Source: Pseudomonadales bacterium | Lineage (GTDB): Bacteria > Pseudomonadota > Gammaproteobacteria > Pseudomonadales > DC-out160 | Direction: 5' to 3' | DNA: 64,000 bases | Assembly: GCA_019090455.1 (NCBI GenBank) | Contig: JAHRWA010000074.1 | Location: forward strand, 93,345 to 157,344 | Shown here: positions 28,676-39,688 of the stretch, piece after piece | Numbering within the stretch: the stretch's first letter is position 1 | Layout: each line of letters begins with the position of its first letter | Notes under the pieces: model-generated | Told to the model about the DNA's origin: nothing | What the model saw: the letters and a program-made list of their open reading frames with translations, nothing else | Database searches by the model: none | Program-made: the position numbers and the translations under genes

Positions 28676-29239
28676 TTATTGGCGCAGGGTATTACCGGTT
28701 AAGAGGTCTTTTATGGTCGAGGGTTTCGCTCGATTACCCACTTTACCCACCACTATCTCATCGATGGAATGGCCCATTTTTAGGCGAACTTGAATAGCAT
28801 TAGTGAAAGGCTGACATCCCGCAAAATTAGCACTGGTTGACACTAGCGGTCCGCCATAGCCCTCACACAATGCCTTCACAATAGGATGGTCAGACACTCT
28901 GAGTGCGACAGAATCAAAATCTCCTGTAATCCAATAGGGGAAGGCCTGCTTCATTAAATTCGATGGTACAACCCATGTCGTGGGTCCAGGCCAAGAGTCA
29001 TCAAGACAAGTCAGTAAGGCAGGGGACAAATTCGAAATCCAAGGCAGCAACTGCTCCTTGTTAGCTGCAACTATAATTAACCCTTTTTCAACTTGCCGTT
29101 GTTTGATAGCGAGTAATCTAACAACGGCCTCTTTATTAAAGGGGTCACATCCCAAGCCATAAACGGACTCAGTGGGATACGCAATCACACCACCGCGATT
29201 AAGTGCATAGTTTGCTTTTAAGTACAAAGACTTACGCAT
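28676..29239 (-). CDS. tsaC: L-threonylcarbamoyladenylate synthase (YrdC/TsaC)
   Basis: 187 aa with YPTESVYGLGCDP and STSANFAG. Confidence 0.88.
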   Translation of the reverse strand: MRKSLYLKANYALNRGGVIAYPTESVYGLGCDPFNKEAVVRLLAIKQRQVEKGLIIVAANKEQLLPWISNLSPALLTCLDDSWPGPTTWVVPSNLMKQAFPYWITGDFDSVALRVSDHPIVKALCEGYGGPLVSTSANFAGCQPFTNAIQVRLKMGHSIDEIVVGKVGNRAKPSTIKDLLTGNTLRQ

Positions 29240-29741
29240 TACTCAAAGTGGCTTGTAATTTCGTATCTTTATCAATGACTGACTGGGTATTGGCTGCTCT
29301 ATCGCTTTTTAAACGAGTCGCTAAATCGGCGTCTTGCAGAGAGAGAATCTGAGCCGCAAAGTAGCCCGCATTCTTTGCACCCGCTTTGCCAATAGCAAAG
29401 GTGGCCACGGGAATACCGCCGGGCATCTGCACCGTGGATAACAATGCGTCCACGCCGTTTAGGGGCCCCGCATCGATAGGAACACCAATAACCGGCTTCA
29501 ACGTTAATGATGCCACCACACCCGCTAAATGAGCTGCCATACCGGCACAAGCAATAAAGGCGGCACAACCACGCTTATCCGCATCAGTAACAAATTGATG
29601 TGTGGCTTCAGGCGTACGATGCGCGGAGGTGATTTTCACCTCTACCGGCACTGCGAGTTTAGTTAGAACATCAATGGCACTTTGCACAACAGGCAAATCA
29701 GAATCAGAACCCATTAAAATGGCAATGAATGGTTTAGACAT
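29232..29741 (-). CDS. purE: N5-carboxyaminoimidazole ribonucleotide mutase
   Basis: MGSDSDL, SAHRTP, AGMAAHLAG. An 8-nt overlap (ATGCGTAA) with tsaC. No purK nearby. Confidence 0.93.
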   Translation of the reverse strand: MSKPFIAILMGSDSDLPVVQSAIDVLTKLAVPVEVKITSAHRTPEATHQFVTDADKRGCAAFIACAGMAAHLAGVVASLTLKPVIGVPIDAGPLNGVDALLSTVQMPGGIPVATFAIGKAGAKNAGYFAAQILSLQDADLATRLKSDRAANTQSVIDKDTKLQATLSNA

Positions 29742-29831
29742 ATGAATTCCTTTGTTCCTAAAGATAGGAATCTGGACTTATGAGTGGGGAGTTGAAAAAC
29801 GCCACAGGCTACTGCAAATGAAGAGAAAACG

Positions 29832-31049
29832 CTAATGAAGCTGCCACGCTGTCGATAAGGTATAACCGCCCGGCCCCGAAATAACATAGCCCTTTATTTC
29901 CAGCAACACCATCTCGGACGCTAGCATTTTGCTTTCTAGACCCGTGCTCTGTACCAGAAGATCAGTAGGAGTCGGCTCGTAACTGAGACACTTTAATATC
30001 AACATAGCCGTCTCCCCCATATCAACAGGCAGGGTACGCAGATCCGTGGGAATAGTTTTTGATTCCGCAGTTGCAATAATCTTGGCCGAATTTTCAGCCG
30101 AATTTTCAGAGTATTGCAGCTGTAATAATGATTGGACCTCTTCCAGAATATGCTCAGCGGTTTCCACTAACTTAGCCCCCTCCCGAATCAGGGTATGACA
30201 CCCTTTCGCCATGGGATTATGAATGGAGCCAGGAATAGCGAACACCTCCCTACCCTGCTCCAACGCCATCCGTGCAGTAATCAAAGAACCACTCTTTAAG
30301 GCCGCCTCAACCACCAAAACACCCACACTCAACCCGCTAATAATTCGGTTACGGCGTGGAAAATGAGACGCTTGAGGGGCAACTCCAGTACCAAATTCCG
30401 TCACTATTGCGCCGTGCTCTACAATTTGCTCTGATAAGCGATGGTGCTTTTTCGGATACACAATATCTAACCCATTACCCGTCACGGCAATAGTGGGGCT
30501 CTGCGTATCCACTGCTGCTTGGTGCGCAGCGCCATCTATTCCCAAAGCCAGGCCACTGGTAGGCAATATACCCAAATTCAACAAATGACTTGAGAACGCC
30601 CTCGCGTTTTCGACCCCACCACGACTCGGGTGGCGACTACCCACAATGGCTACCTGAGTATCGCGAAGATACAATGGGTTTCCGTGAACGAATAACAAAG
30701 GTGGCGCATCATGTATGGCGAGCAACAATGGCGGATACAAGGGGTCATCAACGGTTAAAATATGGCAATTATCTTTACAGAGCCATTCAATGTCACGCTC
30801 AACGCCTTGGGTAACAGAATTCATCGCGCCCCTGGTATAGGCTTTTATTTGCTGACGAGTGGCATCAGCAAATCCCAGTTTTGCCAATTCTCGTGGTTCT
30901 AGCTCAAATACCTTTTTAGGATCACCAATCTCATTCAAGACGCGCTTAAAAAAAACCGGGCCAACGCCCTTGAGCCGCCAAAGAGCCAACCAATATTGAA
31001 TATCCGACACCGGCTTGAGCGCTAACGTATCTTGCTTTGTATCCCACAT
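29832..31049 (-). CDS. dprA: DNA processing protein DprA/Smf
   Basis: GLALGIDGAAHQAA, RNRIISG. The ORF is open to 31073, but ATG 31049 has an AAGGGG RBS. Confidence 0.9.
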   Translation of the reverse strand: MWDTKQDTLALKPVSDIQYWLALWRLKGVGPVFFKRVLNEIGDPKKVFELEPRELAKLGFADATRQQIKAYTRGAMNSVTQGVERDIEWLCKDNCHILTVDDPLYPPLLLAIHDAPPLLFVHGNPLYLRDTQVAIVGSRHPSRGGVENARAFSSHLLNLGILPTSGLALGIDGAAHQAAVDTQSPTIAVTGNGLDIVYPKKHHRLSEQIVEHGAIVTEFGTGVAPQASHFPRRNRIISGLSVGVLVVEAALKSGSLITARMALEQGREVFAIPGSIHNPMAKGCHTLIREGAKLVETAEHILEEVQSLLQLQYSENSAENSAKIIATAESKTIPTDLRTLPVDMGETAMLILKCLSYEPTPTDLLVQSTGLESKMLASEMVLLEIKGYVISGPGGYTLSTAWQLH

Positions 31050-31118
31050 GTTATCCCCTTCAATTACTACCAACGATGCATTGGCAGCTCACTAAAGGGG
31101 ATAAAGACAGCAGGAAAT

Positions 31119-31153
31119 AAAAAAGCAGCACTCTTTTAAAGCGCTGCTTTTCT
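31119..31153 (-). terminator. Hairpin with flanking A/T runs downstream of the LysM gene
   Basis: AAAAAAGCAGC-13 nt loop-GCTGCTTTT. On the minus strand the stem is followed by a T-run. Confidence 0.5.
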
Positions 31154-31170
31154 GTGATAACACCTGATCT

Positions 31171-31248
31171 TTCAGTTCAACTGTCAGTTTTTAAAGTCAA
31201 CTTTCGATTTTCAGCTCAACTATCAATTTCAATATTCAAGCTCAACTA
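31171..31248. repeat. 4 imperfect ~20-bp tandem repeats (minus-strand core AGTTGA[A/G]CTGAA)
   Basis: TCAACT cores at 31177, 31197, 31216 and 31242. The last copy overlaps the LysM gene stop codon. A related copy overlaps the gyrB stop at 47060-47073. Confidence 0.85.
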
Positions 31249-32292
31249 GGGATTTTTCACCTCATCAAAAACCTTAATGGTTCGTGATGAGCGTAGTACC
31301 AATGCAAAACTTAATTTTTCAAAGGTTCTAAATATAATCACCAAACCTGACTTTTCTGAAGGTAGCTGTATCAATTCGTTGGTAATGCGATCTCTGACAC
31401 GCTCGCCAACACGATGTACCGCTAATACATCCCCAACTCCTAGGTTATCTCGGTCGCCCTTATTTAAAACCACCACACTGTACTGACTAACATTACGTAC
31501 ACCACCAAAAACATGAATGATTCTGCCACGAATTTCATCCTGGGGTGATTTTGGGTAGAAAACGGAATCAACTTTACGCTCTTCAGTGGGCAATAATCTA
31601 TCACCAATCCTCACATCCTCATTCGAGCTAAGTAGCCTCAACTTCGCTACATCGCCCTCTAGAGATACCATTCTCGTTAACCCAAGCTCCAGCGCTTCAA
31701 ACCCAAGTACTTCATCCGTATCAGGATCCTTAAAGACTTCACCCCCCCGATAGACACCAAAAGCTTTGTCAGTCTCAGCGAAATCTCCTCGGGCATAAAT
31801 AGTATCTCCCGTTCCCATCAAAATATGTCCATCACCCCCTGCCAAAACATAAGGCGCATTATCAAGGTCATGATTCTCTACGATGCGATGATCCACCAAG
31901 AAACCCTGAATTTTATCCAAGGGAATAGCGGGTATTACCGAATCTAAAGGTGTCACCCTGGCCTTAGGGCTCAATTTAATCGTGCCGTCAGCTAGCATAG
32001 TGACCCTTTGCCCGGTTCGTTCCACCGTTAACTTGGGTTCACCACCGATATAAACTAATTTGATGATGTCACCTGGATAAATAAGATGCGGGTTTTCGAT
32101 CTGCTCGTTAATATGCCAGATCTCAGGCCATAGCCAGGGATCATTGAGAAAGGTCTCCGCTATACCCCACAAGGTATCCCCTTTTTCCACAAAATGCCGT
32201 TCCGGATGACCCGGCTTCAGGGGGGCAGACTCAGCAAATGCCATCGAGGCAGGTAAACTGATGCAGAGCAGCCAGATTAGAGATTTTAACAT
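31246..32292 (-). CDS. LysM peptidoglycan-binding protein (TsaP-like by motif and synteny)
   Basis: Signal peptide and LysM motif VEKGDTLWGIAETFL...IYPGDIIKL. Lies between def and dprA, like Pseudomonas PA0020. Confidence 0.8.
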   Translation of the reverse strand: MLKSLIWLLCISLPASMAFAESAPLKPGHPERHFVEKGDTLWGIAETFLNDPWLWPEIWHINEQIENPHLIYPGDIIKLVYIGGEPKLTVERTGQRVTMLADGTIKLSPKARVTPLDSVIPAIPLDKIQGFLVDHRIVENHDLDNAPYVLAGGDGHILMGTGDTIYARGDFAETDKAFGVYRGGEVFKDPDTDEVLGFEALELGLTRMVSLEGDVAKLRLLSSNEDVRIGDRLLPTEERKVDSVFYPKSPQDEIRGRIIHVFGGVRNVSQYSVVVLNKGDRDNLGVGDVLAVHRVGERVRDRITNELIQLPSEKSGLVIIFRTFEKLSFALVLRSSRTIKVFDEVKNP

Positions 32293-32457
32293 TGCGCATT
32301 TCCCTATATTATTGTCAATTGAAGCTTAGTCATCTTCGCGCTGGACGTCAGCCATTTGATTAACGTTTTTTTGAGACCATAGCAGATTTTATCCCTGCAT
32401 GATCATAATCTTAGCAAGACTTTTTGCTTTTTTACTACAAGAACGATCAAAACCTGT

Positions 32458-32961
32458 ATGTCTATTTTAGAAATTTTAGAGTTTCCTGACCCTCGATTGC
32501 GCACTAAAGCTAAGCCTATCAATGATATAAGTGAAAATATCAAACGCCTAGCCGATGATATGCTTGAAACCATGTATGCGGCTCCCGGCATCGGATTGGC
32601 CGCGACACAAGTGAATGTACACAAAAGAATTATTGTTATTGATATTTCCGAAGACAAAAATGATCCCTTAGTTTTTATCAATCCTGAAATCTCAAACTGC
32701 CTGGGTAGCCAAGACTCAGATGAAGGCTGCCTTTCAGTCCCTGAACAATATGAAACTGTCACTCGAGCTGAAACCATTCATATAAAAGCCTTGGACCGAG
32801 AAGGTAATAGTATCGAGATGGAATGCGACGGATTGATGGCGGTGTGCCTGCAGCATGAAGTAGATCATTTAGAGGGTAAACTGTTTGTGGATTACATTTC
32901 TAAATTAAAACGCCAAAGAATTCGCAAGAAGCTGGAAAAACAGCACCGTCAGAAGGACTAG
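32458..32961 (+). CDS. def: Peptide deformylase
   Basis: [25 protein letters not shown]. Confidence 0.95.
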   Translation: MSILEILEFPDPRLRTKAKPINDISENIKRLADDMLETMYAAPGIGLAATQVNVHKRIIVIDISEDKNDPLVFINPEISNCLGSQDSDEGCLSVPEQYETVTRAETIHIKALDREGNSIEMECDGLMAVCLQHEVDHLEGKLFVDYISKLKRQRIRKKLEKQHRQKD

Positions 32962-33039
32962 TCCTGCAATTAGTACAGAATGAACACGAGAGCTCTGCAC
33001 TAATCTATAATTAAGCCGCACTATAATTAAGCCACCTCT

Positions 33040-34059
33040 ATGATAGAACCAACTCACAATTCTCAACAGTCGAATAAACTGAAAATTATTTTTGCTGGTA
33101 CGCCCGAGTTTGCGTCTGAAACATTAGAGGCGATCGTTCAAAGCCAGCATCAAGTCATCGCCGTCTACACCCAACCAGATCGGCCAGCCGGGCGCGGGAA
33201 AAAACTCACCGCTAGCCCAGTAAAACAACTGGCTTTACAACATGAAATCCCAGTTCATCAACCACAGACGCTAAAATCAGCAGAAGACCAGCAGATCCTC
33301 TCAGATTTAGAGGCCGACATCATGGTGGTAGTCGCCTATGGCCTCATATTACCAAAAGCCGTTCTCGACAGTCCTAAGCTGGGATGTCTCAATATTCACG
33401 CTTCACTACTACCGCGCTGGCGAGGTGCCGCTCCCATTCAAAGAGCAATAGCCGCCGGTGACACGCAAAGCGGAATCACCATTATGCAAATGGATGAGGG
33501 GCTCGACACGGGCGAGATGCTACTGAAAAAACAATGCCCGATAAAAACAAATGATACCGGTGAGCAACTTCACGACAGACTAGCAGCACTGGGTGCATCG
33601 GCCATCGTAGAGTGCTTGGACGTGTTCATTCAATATCGCTCGTCAGAGGGTTCACAATCCTGTATTAAGCCAGAAAAACAAGACAATAACTTAGCAACCT
33701 ACGCTCATAAATTAACGAAAATAGAAGCTGTTATTGATTGGAACCAGCCAGCACGAAAACTGCACGACATGATCCGCGCCTTTAATTCATGGCCTATCAC
33801 CAGTACAAGAATTAGCGATACAACCTGTCGTATATGGGAATCAGTCATACCTGATAGAGATTTTTTAACCAACCCAGAAGCCAATGACTATCAACCCGGC
33901 ACTATCATTTCCGCTAATAAGTCAGGGATTGATGTTACGACGGGGGACGGCATATTGCGGATAACTCGACTACAACTACAAGGCGGCAAAGTACTGGCTG
34001 TCGATGCGATACTGAACTCTAAAAAGGCCCTGTTTCAGCCCGGCCATCAATTCGAATGA
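33040..34059 (+). CDS. fmt: Methionyl-tRNA formyltransferase
   Basis: IIFAGTPEFA, HASLLPRWRGAAPIQ. Confidence 0.95.
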   Translation: MIEPTHNSQQSNKLKIIFAGTPEFASETLEAIVQSQHQVIAVYTQPDRPAGRGKKLTASPVKQLALQHEIPVHQPQTLKSAEDQQILSDLEADIMVVVAYGLILPKAVLDSPKLGCLNIHASLLPRWRGAAPIQRAIAAGDTQSGITIMQMDEGLDTGEMLLKKQCPIKTNDTGEQLHDRLAALGASAIVECLDVFIQYRSSEGSQSCIKPEKQDNNLATYAHKLTKIEAVIDWNQPARKLHDMIRAFNSWPITSTRISDTTCRIWESVIPDRDFLTNPEANDYQPGTIISANKSGIDVTTGDGILRITRLQLQGGKVLAVDAILNSKKALFQPGHQFE

Positions 34060-34072
34060 ACAGAAAAAATAA

Positions 34073-35443
34073 ATGAATAGCAGAACTCAAGCCGCTTTGT
34101 GTTTAAACAAAGTACTGCCCTCCTCAGGGCCAAACCGATCACTCTCTGAAGTGTTAAACCAAACCACCATTAGCGACGATGAACCCTTCGTTCGTGAAAT
34201 GTGCTTTGGCGCATTACGCTGGCGCAACCGATTACAAGCCATCGCAAATCAACTTCTTCGAAAACCTTTTCGACCCAAAGACAGCGACATTAACTGGCTA
34301 CTACTCCTGGGTTTATACCAACTGCTTTACCTCAGAACACCCGATCATGCGGCTATTGGTGAGACAGTTGAGGCCGCTCGACAACTGAAAAAGAAATGGG
34401 CCTGCGCCGTGTTAAATGGCGTCTTAAGGGGATTTCAACGTAACAAAGATGAAATATTAGCGGCCCTACCGGAAGGCGCTAACATCCAATCAGCCCATCC
34501 TAAATGGTTAACAACTCGAATTAAGGAAGCTTGGCCAGAACATTGGCAAGGAATATTGGAGCAAAACAATCAGCAAGCGCCTATGAGCTTAAGAGTCAAT
34601 ATTCAAAAAACAAACCGGGAAGACTATCTGCAATTGTTGGCTGAGGACCCCACCCCTATCGATGCAACCCCTTTAGCACTTAGCCCTATGGGTATCCAAT
34701 TAACGCAAGCTTGTAGCGTAGAAAAGCTCCCTCACTTCAGTGAAGGCTGGGTCTCCGTACAAGACGAAGCTGCACAACTTGCGACTCTCTTCCTCAATCC
34801 TCAAGCCAACGATCGTGTTCTCGACGCTTGCGCTGCACCCGGCGGTAAAACTTGCCACATACTCGAAACCTGCCCCGAGCTTCAAGAAATGGTCGCCATT
34901 GATATTAGCGAAGCTCGCAACCGTCGCGTCACCGAAAATTTGAATCGATTACAACTGGAAGCGACGGTGATAAGTGCCAACATTGCTGACACAAACAAAT
35001 GGTGGGACAGCGAACCCTTTGATCGTATTTTACTGGATGCGCCCTGCTCCGCCACCGGTGTTATCCGCCGACACCCCGATATAAAATGGTTGCGACGAGA
35101 AAGTGACATTGCGGTTTTAGCAAAACAACAACTGGAATTATTAGAAACTTGCTGGCAAACGCTCAAAGTCGGAGGGGAATTGTTATACTCCACTTGTTCT
35201 ATTTTACCCGATGAGAATCAAAAGATTGTGACCTCCTTTTTAGCGCAACAAAAAGATGCCGAATCTATCATGCTCTATGAAGACACGACACTCGGTAAAG
35301 ATAAGGCGCTAGCTGATTTATGGCGACAAAATACAATATCGAAAGAGCATGCCTGCATCGAAGGAATGACCTTACAACTTTTCCCCACTCAAGCCGGTCA
35401 CGATGGCTTTTTTTATGCCAAGTTCAAGAAAACTAATGGATAG
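34073..35443 (+). CDS. rsmB: 16S rRNA m5C967 methyltransferase
   Basis: NusB-like N-terminus, DACAAPGGKT, DAPCSATGVIRRHPD. Confidence 0.92.
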   Translation: MNSRTQAALCLNKVLPSSGPNRSLSEVLNQTTISDDEPFVREMCFGALRWRNRLQAIANQLLRKPFRPKDSDINWLLLLGLYQLLYLRTPDHAAIGETVEAARQLKKKWACAVLNGVLRGFQRNKDEILAALPEGANIQSAHPKWLTTRIKEAWPEHWQGILEQNNQQAPMSLRVNIQKTNREDYLQLLAEDPTPIDATPLALSPMGIQLTQACSVEKLPHFSEGWVSVQDEAAQLATLFLNPQANDRVLDACAAPGGKTCHILETCPELQEMVAIDISEARNRRVTENLNRLQLEATVISANIADTNKWWDSEPFDRILLDAPCSATGVIRRHPDIKWLRRESDIAVLAKQQLELLETCWQTLKVGGELLYSTCSILPDENQKIVTSFLAQQKDAESIMLYEDTTLGKDKALADLWRQNTISKEHACIEGMTLQLFPTQAGHDGFFYAKFKKTNG

Positions 35444-35491
35444 CAAACGCCACTCAACTAATCTCGAAACAACCACCCCTTAGACAACTTT

Positions 35492-36865
35492 ATGAAAATT
35501 ATTATTCTAGGTGCAGGACAGGTTGGCGGCACCCTAGCCGAAAATTTAGCGAATGAAGAAAACGATATTACCGTAATCGATGTCAACGGAAAAAGACTTA
35601 GGGAACTGCAAGATCGCCTGGATATCCGCACAATCGAAGGTATGGCCTCCCACCCTTCCGTACTAGCCGCTGCCGGCGCCGACGATGCCGATATGTTAAT
35701 CGCCGTGACCAGCAGTGATGAAATCAACATGATCGCTTGTCAATGTGCCTACACTCTCTACAGAACACCCACAAAAATTGCGAGAGTGCGCTCAGTTTCC
35801 TATCTCACACAATCTGCACTTTTTAACAATGACGCGATTCCAATTGACGTCATCATTAGCCCCGAACAAGTTGTCACTAATTACATTAAACGATTAATTG
35901 AACACCCTGGCGCATTACAAGTTCTCGATTTCGCAGAAGGCGAAGTGCAGTTAGTCGCAGTAAAAGCCTACTATGGTGGTCCGCTCGTGGGACAAGAATT
36001 ACGTTATATTCGGCAACACATGCCTAACGTAGACACCCGAGTCGCTGCCATTTTCCGTCGAGATCGGCCTATTATTCCAGAGGGCTCCACCGTCATTGAG
36101 GTGGATGATGAAGTATTTTTTATCGCTGCACGCAATCATATAAGAGCAGTGATGAGTGAGTTAAGACGACTAGAACACAATTACAAACGCATCATAATCG
36201 CCGGTGGCGGTAATATTGGTGAACGCTTAGCAGAAGCGATCGAAAGCCGTTATCAGGTAAAAATCATTGAACGCGATGCCAATCGATGTCAGTCCCTTTC
36301 AGAAAAATTGCACCGTACTGTTACCTTGCAAGGCAATGCCTCTGATCAAGATCTCTTGCTCGAAGAGAATATTGAAGATACCGATGTATTTCTCGCCGTC
36401 ACCAATGACGATGAAGCCAACATCATGTCTTCCATGTTAGCGAAAAGACTCGGGGCAAGAAAAGTAATCACCCTGATTAATAACCCCGCCTATGTTGATC
36501 TGGTACAAGGGGGTGACATCGACATAGCGGTATCACCACAACAAGCCACCATTGGTAGCCTACTCACCCACGTACGTCGCGGTGATGTGGTGAATGTCCA
36601 CTCTCTACGACGAGGCGCTGCTGAAGCCATTGAGGCCATTGCGCATGGCGATGAGCGATCGTCCAAGGTGGTGGGTAAAGCCATCGGTGATATCGATTTA
36701 CCGGAGGGAACCAATATCGGCGCTATCGTCCGCGACGGGAAGGTTCTCATTGCCCATGATGATGTGATGGTAGAACAAGATGATCACGTCATACTATTTT
36801 TAATTGATAAGCGCCAAATTCGCGACGTGGAACGCCTGTTTCAAGTAGGAATATCATTCTTTTAA
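35492..36865 (+). CDS. trkA: Trk potassium uptake NAD-binding subunit
   Basis: Two RCK/Rossmann repeats: [12 protein letters not shown] and [10 protein letters not shown]. Confidence 0.95.
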   Translation: MKIIILGAGQVGGTLAENLANEENDITVIDVNGKRLRELQDRLDIRTIEGMASHPSVLAAAGADDADMLIAVTSSDEINMIACQCAYTLYRTPTKIARVRSVSYLTQSALFNNDAIPIDVIISPEQVVTNYIKRLIEHPGALQVLDFAEGEVQLVAVKAYYGGPLVGQELRYIRQHMPNVDTRVAAIFRRDRPIIPEGSTVIEVDDEVFFIAARNHIRAVMSELRRLEHNYKRIIIAGGGNIGERLAEAIESRYQVKIIERDANRCQSLSEKLHRTVTLQGNASDQDLLLEENIEDTDVFLAVTNDDEANIMSSMLAKRLGARKVITLINNPAYVDLVQGGDIDIAVSPQQATIGSLLTHVRRGDVVNVHSLRRGAAEAIEAIAHGDERSSKVVGKAIGDIDLPEGTNIGAIVRDGKVLIAHDDVMVEQDDHVILFLIDKRQIRDVERLFQVGISFF

Positions 36866-36892
36866 CCACTCGACTTTAAACGGGAAGCCTCG

Positions 36893-38344
36893 ATGCACTT
36901 AGGTATCACGTTACGCATTATCGGCGTACTTCTGACAGTCTACAGTGTCACTATGCTACCGCCAGCCGTGGTAGCACTCATCTATCAAGACGGCGGTGAA
37001 GTCCCCTTCTTCACCGCTTTTGCTCTGATACTTGCGGTTGGCCTTTTGTGTTGGCTAACCATGTATAAACACAAACAAGAATTAAGAGTCAGAGATGGTT
37101 TTATCATCGTGGTGGTACTCTGGAGTGTTTGGAGTTTATCCGGATCAATCCCGTATATTTTATCGGAAGATCCGAACATGTCTGTGACGGATGCTATTTT
37201 TGAGTCCGTTTCCGGACTAACCACTACCGGTGCGACGGTCTTGTCCGGATTAGATGATTTACCTAAATCCATTTTATTTTATCGACAACAACAACAATGG
37301 TTAGGCGGTATGGGAATTATCGTACTGGCTGTGGCAGTGTTGCCCATGTTGGGTATTGGTGGCATGCAGCTGTACCGTGCTGAAGCGCCCGGCCCAGTCA
37401 AAGATAATAAGTTGACCCCAAGAATTACTGAAACAGCCAAAGCACTTTGGTATATCTATGTGACTTTGACTGTGGTGTGTGGGTTTAGCTATTGGCTTGC
37501 GGGAATGGACGTTTTCGACGCTATATGCCATAGCTTTTCCACTGTGGCCATTGGGGGGTTCTCCACCCATGACAGTAGTATCGCTTTTTTCGATAACCCA
37601 CTTATTGAAATGATCTGTGTGTTTTTCATGTTTTTTGCAGGGGTTAATTTTGCTCTACACTTCGTCAGTTGGCGTAACCGTTCAGTCATGCATTACCTAA
37701 GCGACGCTGAATTTGTCTTCTACTTCAAGGTCATGTGTGCAATTACCTTGATTACCATTTTAACTCTGCTCTTGAACAACACCTATGATTCTGCTTTTGA
37801 AGCTATTCGCTATGGTGTATTCGAAGCCGTTTCTATTTCAACTACAACAGGGTTTGCCACTGCAAATTATGCTGCTTGGCCTAATTTAGTGCCCGCACTC
37901 TTACTCATGGGCAGCTTCATTGGGGGCTGCGCTGGATCGACTGGTGGTGGTGTCAAAGTCATTAGAGCACTGTTAATGTCAAAACAGTGGATGCGAGAAA
38001 TGCATCGACTGATCCACCCCAACGCCGTTTTCGCCATCAAAGTCGGTAACAAACCCGTCAATGACCGGGTTGTTGAAGCGGTTTGGGGATTTATCGGTGC
38101 CTACATCTCAATTTTTGCCGCACTACTCTTAGCGATCATGGCAACGGGATTGGATTTCGAAACCTCTTTTTCCGCTATCGCCGCATCCATCAATAATTTG
38201 GGTCCTGGTCTGGGTGCCGTCGCCGCCCACTATGCCGATATTAACGACATCGCAAAGTGGATACTGTGTTTAGCCATGCTACTCGGCAGGCTCGAAGTCT
38301 TCACTCTTCTTGTCTTATTCAGTCCTATGTTTTGGAGGAGATAG
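36893..38344 (+). CDS. trkH: Trk potassium uptake membrane subunit
   Basis: 483-aa polytopic protein directly downstream of trkA, with TTTG/STTTGF selectivity-like motifs. Confidence 0.93.
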   Translation: MHLGITLRIIGVLLTVYSVTMLPPAVVALIYQDGGEVPFFTAFALILAVGLLCWLTMYKHKQELRVRDGFIIVVVLWSVWSLSGSIPYILSEDPNMSVTDAIFESVSGLTTTGATVLSGLDDLPKSILFYRQQQQWLGGMGIIVLAVAVLPMLGIGGMQLYRAEAPGPVKDNKLTPRITETAKALWYIYVTLTVVCGFSYWLAGMDVFDAICHSFSTVAIGGFSTHDSSIAFFDNPLIEMICVFFMFFAGVNFALHFVSWRNRSVMHYLSDAEFVFYFKVMCAITLITILTLLLNNTYDSAFEAIRYGVFEAVSISTTTGFATANYAAWPNLVPALLLMGSFIGGCAGSTGGGVKVIRALLMSKQWMREMHRLIHPNAVFAIKVGNKPVNDRVVEAVWGFIGAYISIFAALLLAIMATGLDFETSFSAIAASINNLGPGLGAVAAHYADINDIAKWILCLAMLLGRLEVFTLLVLFSPMFWRR

Positions 38345-38445
38345 GTTTTGTAAAAGGCAGCTGTTGGAAAAGGTAGGTGTTGGAGAAAATAGATTTGCAG
38401 CTTCCCCCATTCAATGAATTTTTAGTTAATTAGGTTTAATACAAA

Positions 38446-39420
38446 ATGAAAGCAATCTTGTTTGGTAAAGATGAATCCATAAATTGGACAGAAGTAGCCA
38501 CACCTGAGCCTCAAGCCGGTGAGCTTCGAATAAAAATTGAAGCCACTGCCGTCAATCGCGCGGATTTAATGCAACGTGCTGGACTCTATCCACCACCTCC
38601 TGGGGCCAGTGATATTCCTGGGCTGGAATGTGTTGGATTAGTCGATGCTGTAGGGGAGGGCGTGACCCGTTTTCAGTCAGGCGATAGAGTCTGTGCATTA
38701 CTCTCTTCCGGTGGATATGCCGAATACGTGACCTGTCTAGCGGATCATTGTCTAATTGTACCCAAAACAATCAGCAACCCCATCGATTTTGCCGGTTTGC
38801 CCGAAGTTCTCGCTACCGCATGGCTGAATATCTTTTTAGAAACTCAGATCAAAGACGGTGAACGTGTACTCATACATGCCGGAGCCAGCGGAGTAGGGAC
38901 GGCTGCCATTCAGCTTTGCCGCGAATTTAATCATCCCTGTTATGTCACTGTGGGGTCTCAAGAGAAATTAGATCAATGTGTGGATTTAGGGGCAATTGGC
39001 GGTACCGTACGGCAAACCGATCCGTTTATCGATTCGGTAAAATCCTGGACTGATCGCAAGGGTTTCGATGTCATTCTCTGTCCCGTGGGTGGTGGATACC
39101 TAAAGGATAATATGAAAGCGCTAAATACCGATGGCCGTTTGGTGATCATTGGCTTAATGGGGGGAAGATCCGCAGATCTTGATGTAGGACGGATGTTAGT
39201 AAAGAGAATCAGAGTCATTGGCTCCACCTTAAGAAGCCGCAGTAATGCCGATAAAACTAAACTTATTAATAGCTTACGTGAATCGGTCTGGCCCTTGGTG
39301 CTAGAAAACAAAATAAAACCAATTATTGATCAACGCATCCCAATCAGTGAGCTCAGCAAGGCTCACGATGTCATTAGCAGCAATCAAACCTTTGGCAAAG
39401 TGCTACTGACAATAAATTAA
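38446..39420 (+). CDS. NAD(P)H:quinone oxidoreductase, zinc-ADH superfamily (Qor/PIG3-like)
   Basis: 324 aa with GLECVG and HAGASGVGTAAIQL. Confidence 0.8.
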   Translation: MKAILFGKDESINWTEVATPEPQAGELRIKIEATAVNRADLMQRAGLYPPPPGASDIPGLECVGLVDAVGEGVTRFQSGDRVCALLSSGGYAEYVTCLADHCLIVPKTISNPIDFAGLPEVLATAWLNIFLETQIKDGERVLIHAGASGVGTAAIQLCREFNHPCYVTVGSQEKLDQCVDLGAIGGTVRQTDPFIDSVKSWTDRKGFDVILCPVGGGYLKDNMKALNTDGRLVIIGLMGGRSADLDVGRMLVKRIRVIGSTLRSRSNADKTKLINSLRESVWPLVLENKIKPIIDQRIPISELSKAHDVISSNQTFGKVLLTIN

Positions 39421-39688
39421 AGTAAATAGATTAATGACACTCAGTAATCTTTCGTTTTTATAGCAGATGAGTATAAAAAATTTCCTAAAATCAATAGCAT
39501 AATAGCTTAAACTACTGGTTTCTCAGCTCTTTTAATATTCAAAAGATTCAAGGATGTTACAAAACAAGAGATGACAGGCATACGTCCTTGTGGGTAAAAT
39601 TCAGCCATATCTGAGAACGAGCTCACACTTTGGGCTTTTTCTTTACTCCTTATATCAATCGTGCCAAACGAACAAAGGATTAAATAAA

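Noticed and set aside
29299-29568. 89-aa same-strand alternate-frame ORF inside purE
   Set aside because: The purE frame carries all conserved PurE motifs. The alternate frame is Cys/Arg-rich nonsense.
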